Assembly: GCA_964188305.1 (NCBI GenBank)
Contig: OZ076890.1
DNA from: Podarcis bocagei
Lineage: Eukaryota
Strand: one strand, 5' to 3'
DNA length: 64,000 nucleotides
A program made the translations under genes and the position numbers. Below the pieces are notes generated by a model that was given only the letters and a program-made list of their open reading frames with translations, ran no database searches and was not told the origin of the DNA. This document shows, in pieces, positions 38,031-51,400 of this stretch (the first letter of the stretch is position 1; the number at the start of each line of letters is the position of its first letter).

Positions 38031-38541
38031 TGAAGTACTTATAGCGTGTATTCTCACTCTGGAATCAAATTTATTTCTGTAGCAGGTCAGTCATTGTAGC
38101 TGCCACATAGAGAATTTTGGCCACTTTTCTGATGGCAGCAGTACTTAATATTTCATGTTTTGTGGTTTATAGGTTCCCATAAAAGTACATATTGCTTGAG
38201 AAAAGAAGAATGCGTTAACTTTTTCTAATGGAAATCAGTAGTATCCAGGCTTAATTTTGACCGATTTGTACTACAGAAATGTTAGGTTTGGTTATTTGTC
38301 CGTTCAGGCTAGAACAAATTCCTGCTCCAGCTGAGAGCTAGCAGTCCTCTTTAATAACACACAATACCCCTTTGCAGAAAATATGGATACTTATGGCTCA
38401 TATAATTCAGATTTAAATTCTGTATTTAAAATGGAAATGTTTTCATTCATTGATAATTATCTGCAGATGTAAAACATGTATATTTTAATAGTTCTTATAT
38501 TTAATAGTTTTTATGTTCAACTTTTTATTATCTATGTTCAG

Positions 38542-38688
38542 TTATTAGGAAACTTTCTGCAGTGGCATGGAATCCTTTCCAACAAAACCTTACAAGAGTT
38601 ATCAATAGATGGATTGCTAAATAGATACATTCTTATGGCTTTCCAGAATTCTGAGTATGGAGATGATAGCATTAAGAAAGCTCAAAGT
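38542..38688 (+). CDS. PAXBP1: PAXBP1 exon 16
   Basis: ttcag|LLGNFLQWHGILSNKTLQELSIDGLLNRYILMAFQNSEYGDDSIKKAQS|gtaagt; 147 nt. Confidence 0.95.
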
Positions 38689-39903
38689 GTAAGTAAAAGT
38701 GTAACTTTTAATCATTCATTTCTATTGCTAAGCATCCTTTTTAAGTGACCTGATTTGCATGTTCACATGAAATCATGATTTAAAGTAAGCTGTGACTTAA
38801 CACGAAGGATCAGCATCCTAGTACACACTGCTCAAAAGTTCATGCAGTCTTGCTGCTGCTCTGTCACAAACAAAAGAAGCCGGGATCCGTTCTGTCATGT
38901 CACCTGAAGCCAGACTCATCGTTTGTTTTTCTCCATATAAAGCATAAGCATTACCCATGGTTTGTTCTTGGCTGACCACCTGTGGTTTGTTTTTCCCAGT
39001 TGCCTGAGTCATAGTTCAGACAACACAACAAACCAGCTGTGATATGGCAGAAGCAGGGAGGAGCTTTTCTGGAGCTTTACAGCAATGTGCACTAGAACAG
39101 TATTTGATCACATTAAACCATAGTTTGTTTACATATGATGTGTGAACCAGGCCAGTATACTGCAAATGTATTAAGATGCTGTGCAGTGTAATGGCTAGAA
39201 AGTTGGGTATAAAAGTGAACAACAGTCCACACTGAAATCTCCATTCAGCCCTGAAGCCTGCTTGAGTGACCTAAGCCAAGTCACTATCTTTTCTGAAATA
39301 TTTACATAGCACTGTTTTGCAAAAAAAAAATAGAGAACTCCACATATCCTGCTTTCTTGACTTAGTGAAAGGATGAGATTAAAATGATAGTACAGCAAAA
39401 AGCTTACCACACCAGCCAGCCACAGAAACTGCCAGGCTTTATTTCTAAAAAAATTATGTTAATCACTTACACAGAGATCACTTGACAATCATAATACTTT
39501 GGGTTTGTTCATGTTTTGGGTAAAATAAATAAATTGATATCAAAGGATATCAAAGTTTTTTATTGACAGTTGCTGAAAGGTGATATGAAATATTTTAATT
39601 AAATCGTGAATCTGGCCAAGGACTTCTTGTTATTATTTTTGTACAATATGAATGCATATTAGGTGCTTTTACGAATAATAATAAACGATGAAAATCATGA
39701 TAATGAAACCAGCCAAAATGGTAGAGGTTCACATATATATTGCCTTTCAGAGTAAGCTCTTTAAAGGCAGATTCCTATAGCACAGATGAAATTCAGCAAA
39801 CCAGCAACTAAAACACAAAAACAGCAAAGTCAAAAACAACAGACTCAGTAATTGCTGCTTCAACCTTATACTCTAAACCACTCTTTTCTTCTCAATTCTA
39901 TAG

Positions 39904-40058
39904 GTAATCAGTTGTTTCCCTAAACAGTGGTTCACTAATCTTAAAGGAAGTAAGACAATATCACATCTAGAAAACCTCTGTAGATATCTTGTTCATCTTG
40001 CTGATACAGTATACAGAAATAGCATTGGAAGCTCTGATGTAGAAAAAAGAAATGCAAG
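39904..40058 (+). CDS. PAXBP1: PAXBP1 exon 17
   Basis: atag|VISCFPKQWFTNLKG...YLVHLADTVYRNSIGSSDVEKRNAR|gtaacc; 155 nt. Confidence 0.94.
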
Positions 40059-40835
40059 GTAACCTATCTTTAACACTGTTTCAGTTTAAAAAATAGTGAT
40101 TGTTTTTATTGTATTCTTTTAGGTATTTATTTACCATTTGTTAATTTTATCACAAATTTCAAGATGGCTTTATAAAATATAAAGCCAGAATTCAAAGAGC
40201 CATAAACTAGGCTTTGCAGGAGTCTTTCCCCATACATCCCATAAACTGTTGTTAAGTTGAGGGGGTGATTTAGGATGACTGCAGGGGTGGGGGGAATCTG
40301 AAGAATCCTTTTAACTATGAGAGTATTTTAGATTTGTACATGAGACTTTTTGGATCTTAACCAATATTATTGTAATGAAAATTAGCCATGTGTATATTAT
40401 ATGTAATTTAAAAATAACAAACAGCTTGATACAAAACATATGAGTGTCTTCCTACTGTTTGTGTGTGCCAGTACAGTGTCCTGGTTTATTCAGTACCTCA
40501 TCTTTGCACATCAGACAGTTGAGTTTTACTGCAGATTATTTATTAATCTCCTTTTACATGTTTTAAGACGATTTACAAATAAACTATAAAACAGGTAAAC
40601 AGTACCAAAATATGTCCTAAAGGTATATTAAAAACAATACAGAATGAACATCTAAGGCAGAGACCTTTTCATAAACTGCTTAGAGGTTTTATTTACAGTT
40701 GGGTGCTATAATATATATTTTTTAAAAAAAATCCAGGTGGAAAAGTTTGTCAAAACAGTATCTTCAATTGTTCCTGAAAAGTACAGATGGTAAGTTGCAA
40801 AAAGCACTAACTAAAGTTCTTCCCTCTCTTCCTAG

Positions 40836-40953
40836 GGAGAATATAAAACAGATAATAAAACTTCTATCAAGTATTCGAGCACTGGACCATGCTGCAACAG
40901 TTGCAAATGATCATAATGTGAAAGAGTTAAAAAATTTAAGTGAAGGGAAATAA
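40836..40953 (+). CDS. PAXBP1: PAXBP1 exon 18, coding part (stop TAA 40951-40953)
   Basis: cctag|ENIKQIIKLLSSIRALDHAATVANDHNVKELKNLSEGK*. The summed CDS would be 964 aa if exon 8 is 124 nt. Confidence 0.95.
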
Positions 40954-41631
40954 AACTTTGTCTGCTAATTCTGGGCTTTAAAAATCATTCCTGAAGTGTA
41001 ATTTTGTACATATGTAAAGTTTTCTTATATTGTAAACGATTGTTTTTAATACAAAGTGCATTCTTATATACAGCATCTGTAAGAGTATTGATGTCTTCAA
41101 AGTGAAAAAGAAGCCAGGAAAACTGCATCTTGTTTACAAAATTTTTATACTACATGGTGGCCATCTAGTCACTAAACTGCCCATTAGTTAATAGGAAATT
41201 CTACACTGTAAAATTCATTTAACTGATCTGCAAATATTTATATTCCCGTAGTTATATGTTTGAAATAATGGTTTATTTCAAAGTAAGATATTCAGTAATT
41301 TGGTAATAAAATTGGTCATAAATATGTGAATATAGTATGACCTGGGTAAGAGTAAAGAAGTGTCCAAAATTGTAACAGTGTTGTTTGAAGTGTATGTACT
41401 AGTGACAAAAATAGCTGAAAGTTCACAGCTGCTTTTAGGTAATGGTATGGTCACAAAACTCAAGACACTTCATTGTATAATTTTTTTATCCCTTTAACTC
41501 TTACTGGCAATATATTTTCTCACAAATTAATAATTCAGATTATTAACCCTCCCATATGTCCACATATTTGTTTATATCCTATGGTCACAATATTGACTAT
41601 TCCAAAATGTTGCATTGTTTAATATTTAAAG

Positions 41632-41637
41632 AATAAA
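41632..41637 (+). terminator. Likely PAXBP1 polyadenylation signal AATAAA
   Basis: Canonical AATAAA ~680 nt after the stop codon, followed by T-rich sequence. Confidence 0.55.
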
Positions 41638-43199
41638 TCCTTTTATTTTTGAGTCATGGCTTGCTACTACTGAGATTAGTTTGAATTCTGAAGAATATTG
41701 TCACTGTTGTAGATAGTCTGCTTATCTTCAAGTGTAGTATATTATACTTGAGAAAAGTAGAAATTGAAATATTAAATAACTTTGGATCATTGTACTTGAT
41801 GATGCTCCTGTCATGTGATGTAAAGAAAATATTAAATGTACAGTCTGCTTTTTGAACACTGAATCATTTTATGAATTTATTACATTGATTATTTTCAGTT
41901 ATAAGGCCAACCAACATCAAATTCTCAGACAATAGTATTAATACTACAGCCTTATTAAACTGCAGTTACAGTAAACTATGGTTTAATGGTACACCTTTAA
42001 CCACCCTGCTAACAACAAACAAGTCGTGATCTGTTGTAGCAGTGCACTAAATCTAGGATCATGTCGTCCCCCCCAAAAAACCTGAAAGTAGTTGATTACT
42101 AGTCTTGGTTTGTTTGGATGCAGTATTAACCCAGACCATGGTTACCCCCCACACACACACACAACACCCAGCAGCATAGCAACAGTGTTCATATGCTTGC
42201 TGCACATTTATATATTTATTAAATTTGCTGCAAGCGTATGCACACTGCTGAAAACAATCAACAGTCTAGCTTAACTGGGAACTGCATACAGACAGCTGGG
42301 AAAATCTAATCCTGGCACTGTATCTAACCTTCACAGTGTTAAGTAACTTGTGTCATCCAAAAATAGAGCAAGACTGTCCTAAAGCCTTTCACAATAAGAA
42401 GGTTGAAGGCAAGGGGAGGCAGGAAAAAAAAGCTAGACTGCAATGATAGACAATTTATTTGCAACATTTGTAGCCTGCTTTTCAAAAAAAGTAGGAATGG
42501 ATTTTACGTTGAAATATTTTTTTAAACCCTATGTACGTCTACTGTGAAGAGAGTTCAGTGGGGCCCACTCCTAGGCAAGTGACTAAAGCACTGTAGTTTA
42601 CAACTATTAACTCAAATTGTTACCATATTCAGGGGTCACAGCAAAAAAATAATTTTGGCTGAGCAGTCCAGTGTCGCTTTAAAACACTGCAATAGAAAAG
42701 GCTTAGCATTTCAGATTATAGTAGTAATATAGCCTTGACAGCCAGATCAAACATTCCCAGGAGGTAAATATTTCAACAACAACAAAAAAACATTGCAAAG
42801 GGTAGTCTGAAATGCCATGTTTACACGTCTAGTACCATTCAGGAAGGCTCCTTGGGAAACGAGGCAATTGCCCCTTGCATTTGACCGAGTGTATCTGAAA
42901 ACCGACCGTGGGTGTGATTCATCAGTAGCCAACCTAACTAAGGCGTAAGAACCTGCTCCCAGCAAAGGCACCGGGGAGGAGGAGTGCTTTTATTATGATG
43001 ATGGTTAGTCATTTTAACGTTCGTCGTGCCTTCTCTGTCAGTCAATAGGACAACAAGGCTCGGCAGAAGCCCTGCAGCCTGTCATACGACAGGTAACAGA
43101 AAGAGATGAGGGTGGAAACCCGCTGCTTCGGCTTCTGCCAGGCTGAATGAGGGGCGTTTCTACTCGGAGGTAAGCCCTACTGAGTTCAGTGGAGCTTAC

Positions 43200-44290
43200 G
43201 CTCAAGCCAGCGTCCCTTAAGCAGCGGCCTCAGAGGCGAAAAGGGGGCGCTTATGTAAGGCGCCAAAGACGCGCCGCCGCCTTGGCGAACGGCTGGCACG
43301 AAACCCGCCCGCCCTTTCGGCGCTCGCGCTGCCCTCCGCTCCCCCCCCCCTTATCTCCGCACTACTTCCGGTGTGGGTGTAGGGGGGGGCGGTGCAATGC
43401 GGAAGCGGTGGCCCTGCCAGAGAGGAAGTGAGGCAGGCGCCTCAGGCAGCGGCACGAAGAAGCGCCCCTGGAGGTGGCGGAGGAGCCGGTAAGGGAAGCT
43501 GAGCTGAGCAGGAGAGCAGGCGAGACGTCAGTATATATTTCTCTCTCTCTCTCTCCTCCCCCCCCCCCAAATCCTCACACCACTTCCCGCTTTCTCCTGC
43601 CTCCGTGTAGACAAGCCTAAGTCCCCGCGGTGCGTAGGAAGCCGGAGCCACCTTGGCGGGGCTGGCGAGGGGAGAAGGGAAGCGGCTCCCTCGGCACAAG
43701 ATGGACGCTTCTTGAGCCGCGCCGACACCCACACGGCTCTCTGCCTCGGTCTGTCACGGGGAGGGCGACGCGGATTCGGCTCCTGTTATTATTATTATTA
43801 TTATCATTATTATTCTCCCTTCGCGGCTGCCCGCTTTCCCACCCACCCACCTACTGCAGCAGCGTGCCTGTCGAGGGAGCCGAGCCGTCTGTCTCGCTCC
43901 CTCATAACTGTCTGCAGACCGCGAACCTTTTCCGGTTGCTTCGCTTCCCCCTTTTTGCCCCCGCCCCGGCCCGCTTTTCCTTTTTACCCCTGGAAGCGGG
44001 GGAAACAACCCCTCTAGCCTTGTAGAAACGGCGGCCGGGCATGTTGTGGTGGCAGGCGCTCTTCCTCCGGGGCGAAGCAGGGGTCGAGCTTCGCTTGGCT
44101 GCCACTCCCCCTCCCCGGTCCTGGGGAAGCGAGAGGGTCGCTTTTCCTCTAAAGCGGGTGCGGGGCCAAGGTGGGAGGTGGGGAGGAAGGAACTGCCAAG
44201 GCAGGTGGCTGCCGGAAGCGTCTCTGCACTACTTCGTATTTTTTTATGTATCATCCCCGAAGTGTTGCTTTCACTGCTCGAGGCAATCGC
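43200..44290. promoter_or_regulatory. SYNJ1 CpG-island promoter
   Basis: GC/CpG-rich; ETS (GABPA/ELK)-type ACTTCCGGT at 43364-43372; GC box near 43385-43393; TTATGTAA at 43251-43258. Confidence 0.8.
43397..43488 (+). CDS. SYNJ1: SYNJ1 exon 1, upstream in-frame N-terminal extension
   Basis: ATG 43397, MRKRWPCQRGSEAGASGSGTKKRPWRWRRS; donor CG|gtaagg; in frame with exon 2; resembles the human long-isoform start MRKRWACWSGS. Confidence 0.75.
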
Positions 44291-46596
44291 TTAAAAAAAA
44301 AAATACGCTGCTTCCCACCCACCCCCTTACTGCTATGATTACTAATCGTTTTTCTCTCGGTTGTATTCTACTGAGCAACCGATTACCGTACTCGGTGATG
44401 CGGTGCTTCCGTGATAACAGATGACAAGGGAATAAACATTGAAATGCTAGAAGCAAAATCACTGCTTGGCGCTCTTCTTATAACAAAGATGTTTTGGATA
44501 CAATTAAAAAGAAATCATATTCATAATGCATACATTATGAATATGTATGCATAAGCAGCAACGGAGAGGGAGCGGTTGAGGCTGCTTGCTGGTATGCTTT
44601 CTTGTACAGAATAAATAAAATACACATGGGATGTAATTCATAAAAGGAAATAGGATGTTAAATTGGTTGCTTCTAGTTTCATAGCTGAATATTGACATCA
44701 AGTGCCAAATTACGTGTTATGTGCTCCTGGTGTGCTGCTGATAGAGGCCAGGAAGTCTGGTCTGTCTGTGTATGGATGTAGAATAGGTGTTTGTTAACTA
44801 TCCTGTAGCAGAACATACTGAAGCAAATATAGTATCATTTTCTAGAACTGAGCCCTGATGATCCTTAGCTTAGGTTAAGCCCTGACTGAGCAGTTTGATT
44901 ATATGTGGAATGCACAATTGTAATGAAATATTAAACCCTTATTTTGTGTTTTTAAGCTTGCTACACTTAAAAACAAACCTACTCTTAAGGTATTGTTATT
45001 GTTACTCTTATTGTTTTATAACATTACTGATTAATTAATTGCCTTCTAAACAACCATCAAGGCAATATACACTGAAAATAATTTATAACAGTTAAGGACA
45101 GAAAACCAACAAATGCATTTAAAATAAGGCAGGAAACATACAATGTTGACATTTATCCAAGCCATAAAGTCTTATCAGAACAAAATGCCTTCAATTGTTT
45201 CTGGAAAGTGCAAAATAAAATAAGTTTTGCCTGTTTATACCTCATGACCTTATTTGTCTCATTTGGTTCATAGACCATCATAACCTTTGGGTTTTATTTC
45301 TGTTTATTTTTTTCTGCTTGTACTTCACTGCTGTGAGGTTTCTTCTGGGAAATGGTCTTTTGGCGTTTGCAGCTCATATGATCCAAGAAGAGGCACAGGA
45401 AAACTTGTTAGATGTCTAGCCTGCACTTGATATGGTTTGAGATGCCTTCTTGCAAGTAGATATCCTTGGGAGGAGGCAAGGCAGCATGCTGATTACAGTG
45501 ACAGGTTGTAGCACTTGTGAATTGTGCTTGAAAATTGATAAGATAGTGGCAAATTGGAGTGTGTGCCATTAGTGGATCACCTCATGAGTAAGCATTTTTA
45601 AAGAAATGTAGCAAGCTTGTCAAGAATAATGTTTCTTTAATGCCTGTTTATCCATTGTAAAATTATGGAGACATTAGTATGTGTTTTGCATGGTGCTGAT
45701 CCTCCTACAAAATATGATATGCAACCGTAATTAGGAATGTCATAAGATATGGACTACACTCACTTTTCTTGAGTCTCTTGGGATATATTCTCAGAAAGCA
45801 GCTGATGCAGATGCACATTTAGGTTGCACTGTGGCAATTAAGAATCTGATGAATATTTAGATACCGGTATATTAATCCATTCCAAGAACTTGCTTGTATG
45901 AGAACTGTATTTTTCTCATGAAGCAGTAACATTCTATCAAGATGGCAAATAATGTTGTAAAATATTAGATTAATTCAATTTATGTACTGCTTCTCACTCA
46001 AGAAATCCCAAAGTGAAGCTATTTATGTGAACAGCATGCAGTACGCAATAAAATCCATTAAAACAAAACAAATATACTAAAAGTATTCTTCCTCAAAAAT
46101 CACCCCCCCAAAAAACAACAACACCCCAACCACTTATTATGGATGAGTATTAAAAATAAATAACCCAGACAATATGCACAGTCCAGATGCATGAATTGAA
46201 ATAATTACAAAATTAGACTAAACAATAAAAATAAGCCAGTTTGAGAACAGTACCCAGTGAAGCAGTTTTTTTAAAAAAGCAACAACTGAAAGAGACATTA
46301 AAGGGGGCATGTTGTTGTTGCTCATTAAAAGGTGGCTAATGATGGGACCAAACATACTTTCTTTGGTAGGGTATTCCATTGGTGACTTCCTCCTCATGCC
46401 CCCCCCCCCAATGTACCATGGTAGCACATAATAGAGCAGGGTGGTAGACTGTTCAAAGGTTTGGCATATTGCTATGATGGGTGAAGGAGATTCTTAAAAT
46501 GCATTGGTTCAAAGATGCTAAGGTTTAAAAGGTTATAACTACACTTTGAATTGAGCCCAGAAACAATTGGTAATCAATGCAGGTAATATACAATCA

Positions 46597-46786
46597 GAAA
46601 AGGGCTGTAGCTCACTAGCAGAGCATTTGCTTCACATTCAGAAAGTTCCCGGTTCAATACCCAGCATCTCTAGGTAGTACTTGTAATCTATCTAAAACCA
46701 TAGAGAGTTGCTACCAGTCTGAGTGAAAAATACTGAGCTAGATCAACCAATGGTCTGATTCCATGTAAGGTAGCCATTTATGTTCC
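46597..46786 (+). mobile_element. tRNA-derived SINE (Squam-like)
   Basis: gggctgtagctcactagcagagc...ggttcaatacc...gttgctaccagtc...aatggtctgattcc; same family as the 30660 copy. Confidence 0.7.
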
Positions 46787-47232
46787 AAGAGCGACATGGA
46801 TCCATCATGCTACAGTCAGTAGCCAGGCAGTTGCATTCTAGTCAAATCAGAAAAGCCCTTAATTGTCTTTGAAGGCAACTCACTATGAGGCAGCCTGGAA
46901 GTGAATAGGGCACAAGTGACTGTAGCCAGTTGCATTACATAACTTTTTATATTTCATGCAAACATTTATCACAATTTACCTGTAGTATATATCTGTTATT
47001 CAACTGAAGTTGATTCTGTTAACTAATCCTGATGTAGTTCTTGCATCATGGGAAGGATGCTAGAAGGTAGGCATATTAAAAACACATTCCAGCAGAGTTC
47101 TTGGGTTCCCACTAGTAGAAATTAATGCAGCTGTGCCAGTTGGATAGGTTAGTTTCACACTGCTTTAGAAATGATGTCTCTGAATGTTGAGAAACTTTCA
47201 CTAACACTTTTTTTTTGTACTTTGTTACACAG

Positions 47233-47378
47233 TTCTGCCTCTGATAAAGGAAAAATGGCATTCAGTAAAGGTTATCGCATCTATCATAAGCTAGACCCAC
47301 CGCCATTCAGTGTGATAGTAGAAGCCAGAAACAAGGAAGAATGTCTCATGTTCGAGTCTGGTGCTGTGGCTGTTCTCT
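47233..47378 (+). CDS. SYNJ1: SYNJ1 exon 2 (canonical ATG at 47255)
   Basis: cacag|[48 protein letters not shown]|gtaagt; 146 nt. Confidence 0.95.
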
Positions 47379-49989
47379 GTAAGTAGCAAAACTCTGCAAA
47401 TACAAGCAGATGGCTAACTTAATTAAAAAACTCCTAATGCTAAAAAATGAAAACAGATGAAGAAATGTTGAGTCACCATATCTGTTGTGTCAGTGATCTA
47501 AATGTCCTTTGAATATTTCCTGGCCTTTTTTGCTTAAAGGTGTTTTGCCCTACTATATTTTTCAGAGTAATACATTTTTTAATTTATTGCTATTTCTTGA
47601 AACTTGCCTTAAAAGTCTACTTATCCTATTTGTAACATAACAAGATGTAAAGGTAAACTGTGGCTGTTTAGCATTTTTGAGTATGAGCCTTGGGCTCATC
47701 TTTCCTCTGGTACCCTCCAGTGTGCCTGCAGGAACATCAGAACTTTTCACATCTGTTTTTATCTAGGCAGTTCAGCATTGTGTTCAAACCTGTAACCTAG
47801 AAGCTCGATTCATCTGGAAAGCTACACATGCCCCTGAACGGTGTCTCTTTTGGCATTCCTCTCTGCAGTTAGTGTGGTGCCGTTGCAATATAAGAGAAGA
47901 CAACATTGGTTTAAACAGTATATTCTCCCATGCATAGAAATAAACTTTTGCAATTACTGCAATGTAAGTGCAAGCCTAATTAGTATCCAGAATTGTTGCT
48001 ATATCTAATGGGGGCTTCCTCTAACAAGCAATTTCCACCAGTAATTGGTTTAAGCCTAAACTTGCATTTCTTAGGAAAATATTACTGCCTTTTCCCATGA
48101 GAGAATTCAAATGGCACACCTGGGTTTAAGTTATGACTGGCCAGAGGCTCTTCATGACCCCTGTGCCACTCTGCCGTGAGGAAATTTGTGTTGATGTCTG
48201 GTAACCTACTTGATGCTTGAGTTAATTAGCATTCAGTTACCTTTTCCATCCAGCATCCTCATTAAGATAATAACTCTTTGCTCTAGAGCTAATTCTTGTC
48301 GGGAAGCTTCTTTCCTGCAACTGGACATCTTGCAGCTGCCTTAACTATAGTTTTTAACTCAGGAGGCTATTCAACGGTGCTTATTTTGCCTTGGAGACTG
48401 CTCCCCACCCTGTTCTGACACTGTGGAGCAAAACATCTCTACCTTTCTCTTTTCTGCAACCTCACTATCTCTTAGTCCATGTAATTGTTCAAAACGCCAC
48501 TTTCCTGGCTCCTTAGCACCCACATTTGTTCCATGTAAGATGAGCTCTGCTCCCTCCATCTGTCTGTGTAACTGGAACTGTTTGAGCTTATGGTCCGGAA
48601 CTTGGGTAGCCTGTGTAACTTTTAACAACTAACCAATTTACTATTCTGCATGTCTTTCTTGACACTTTAAGCTCCAAAACCATTTTATTCATTTCCCACA
48701 ATTCTGTGTAAAATAACATTTTATTTAAATTTATAGCAACATATGTTGTTTCTTAATTCCTCCAAGAAAGCAAGATATTATTATGATTATTTGGGTATAA
48801 CATAGTGCACTAACCTCAGTGTCACACAATTCTCTCTATATTAAAGATCCCCAAAGTTGTTATTCTATGCATAAGCATGTAAGGTACAGTTTCATGTGTT
48901 AATGAGCTGGAGAGTTAACTTTTTCTTTGCTGAACAACATATCCAGTAAAGATGGAGATAAAGATTTAGTCCTACTTATTTAGAGGGAAGTGGCATAGGG
49001 CTTAATAGCATTGCCTGGCTTGTGTTGGAAAGGATGCAGATGTTCTAAGATGTTGTAGCATGAACTATAGCATGAACTTCTGCTTTTGCCACAGCTGCAC
49101 AAACAGTTGGCAGCTCTTAATAGGAACTTAGATTTAAAATGTATATTGAGCACTTCTGTTAACACACACCATCTAATCTACCATCAGGGGATTTAAATTA
49201 TGGATGTAGCTAAGTGAAAGAATAAAATCTCTTGGGATGGAAGTGTTCAAGTGCCTGCATGCATTAACACAGCTAAAGAGGGTATATTTACATGCATGTA
49301 GGGTAGGTATTTAATATCTCAATCTTTGTAGTGCACTCTCATGTATGTTTACTCAGAACTGAGCAGCACTTAGTTCAGTGGGGCTTATTCTCAAGTAATT
49401 ATGCAAGGATTGCAGCTTTAGAACATTTTAATAGAATGAGAATATAGATAGATAGGGAGCAGTTGTTAGACTTTAGTAGCTCCTACTCTTTGGGTGGGGG
49501 GCAAACTTATTAGATTCTGTCTTAATGTATAAAGACAAAATTGACCTTGCCTTATTAGGAAGGCAAGCATAGATCACTTGTCATTTAAAGGACTTCCAAT
49601 TTTCCACTTTTATAACTACTGATCAGGCCTCTGTTTTTCTTCATCCTTTAAGATTAGATATTCTGATACCAAGATACTGTGTATTGGGTTTTACAGAATG
49701 TCCAGTTGAGTCATGTTTCGATAGCTGGGCAGTACTCTACAGATGCTTTTGCTCACAAATTTCTGGTATACACCTCAGCTTTGATTTATTATTGATACCA
49801 TGGTAGATCTATTTCCTGCAAGTGTATTGATACATGTTTGCTTAAAGAACACAATCATATTTAAAGTTGATCAGTCACTCCGCTGTAAGCAGAATCTGGG
49901 AAGGGGAGGCAATTGAGTAGAAGGAATGGGAGATTCATGTCTTATGTCAGTTACATTGTGTGAATAAATATAAAAGGGGGAAAACCTGA

Positions 49990-51400
49990 CTTGCAGAGTT
50001 GGAAGGGTCCTTGCAGATTAGTTTGGCAAGCCCCCCACAATGTAGGATGCAGTTGCAGCATCTCTAATAGATGGCCATCCAGACTTTGCTTAAGCACCTC
50101 TAGTGGATGAGTGCCCACCCCTCCTGAGACAATCTTTCCCTCTGTTGAACTTCTTTTACTGTTAGAAGGTTTCTGTTCAGCTGAAATCTGCTTCAATCCT
50201 ATTTCTACCCATTGGTTCTAGTCCTTCCCTCTGGAACAACAAGGATCAGGCCTGTATGACAGCCCATCAGATGTTTGAAGACCCCTATCTTGTTATGCCC
50301 CATTTTCTCCAGGCTAACCATGTCTAGCTCTTCCAGCTGTTCCTCATAGGACTTTTTCAGAGCCTTCACCACCCTCATTGCCTTTCCTTGGATACACGCA
50401 AGCAGTTTTAGCACGGCCTCTCTTAAAATGTGGCATCAAGTACCGGACACAGTATTTCTGATGCATTCTCATCAGTACTAGATAGAATGCAATGTTTACT
50501 ACCTGTGATCTGAACACTATACAGGTACTATGTTAATGCAGCCTGAGTCTGCATTAGCTTTTAATAGCATATTCTGCCTTTGATTTTCTTTTTCTTTTTT
50601 GCACTTACATGCTGGATTTTACATTTATCTCTGTTGAATTTCACCTGTTGTTGCAGCCTAGCGTTGCAGAATTTTAGGATATCTTTTTCTTTTGGCTCTT
50701 GATACTGTCTTCTGTGTATTCCTCCCAACTTTCTCATTTGCAAATCTTACAAGCTTTTCCCTCATTCAAGTCTTTAAGAAAATACTGAACAACACAGTGC
50801 GTGGGACTGAGCCCTATGATATTCTGCTCAAGACTTTCCTCCAGTTTGATACAGAGCTATTAATGAGTGCTCACTGGGTAAAAGTGCTCAACCAGCTGTG
50901 GCTGCCTCTTAGCTATAGTATTGCCCAGTTCACTTACCATTTTGTCATCAAGGCAACCATGGGAGACCCTGTCAAATGCTTTGCTAAAATCAAGATATAC
51001 TGTATATGTGACACTCCCATGATTACATGCTAGGCTAGTAGCTCTTAGCAAAAAGAACACAAGGTTGATCTGACATTCCTTATTTTTGCAACCCATGCTG
51101 GCTCATAGAAATTGATGCAATGTTTTTAGATTCTTATAGACCAAATGCTTAATAACCTTTCTTTGTTCTGTGTCGGGGTGCCTGGCCTGTAGTTTTCCAG
51201 ATTCCCTGTGTCCCCATCTCAAATGTTCCTATCTCCAGTGTTTTGAGACTTGACTCATTCTCCAAGAGCTCTCATAAGATTAGTCAGTGGTTTTGAGAAA
51301 ATACCTGCAAACTCATTTAGCACCATGGAGTGTAATTCATTTGGCCTTGGAGACTTGAACGTGTTTACAGTTGCTAAGGATTCTCTATCTCTTGGGGTTC
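49990..51400 (-). mobile_element. Degenerate CR1 LINE in SYNJ1 intron 2
   Basis: Minus-strand remnants YLDFSKAFDRVSH, FNRDKCKI, SYEEQLEELDMVSLEK, LEVLKQSLDGHL; multiple frameshifts. Confidence 0.85.

Noticed and set aside
43442-44424. Cluster of 60-166 aa ORFs on both strands
   Set aside because: CpG-island and microsatellite artefacts in SYNJ1 intron 1.
46597-46680. tRNA gene (also at 12022 and 30660)
   Set aside because: A and B boxes are present, but no intact cloverleaf and each continues into a shared SINE body.
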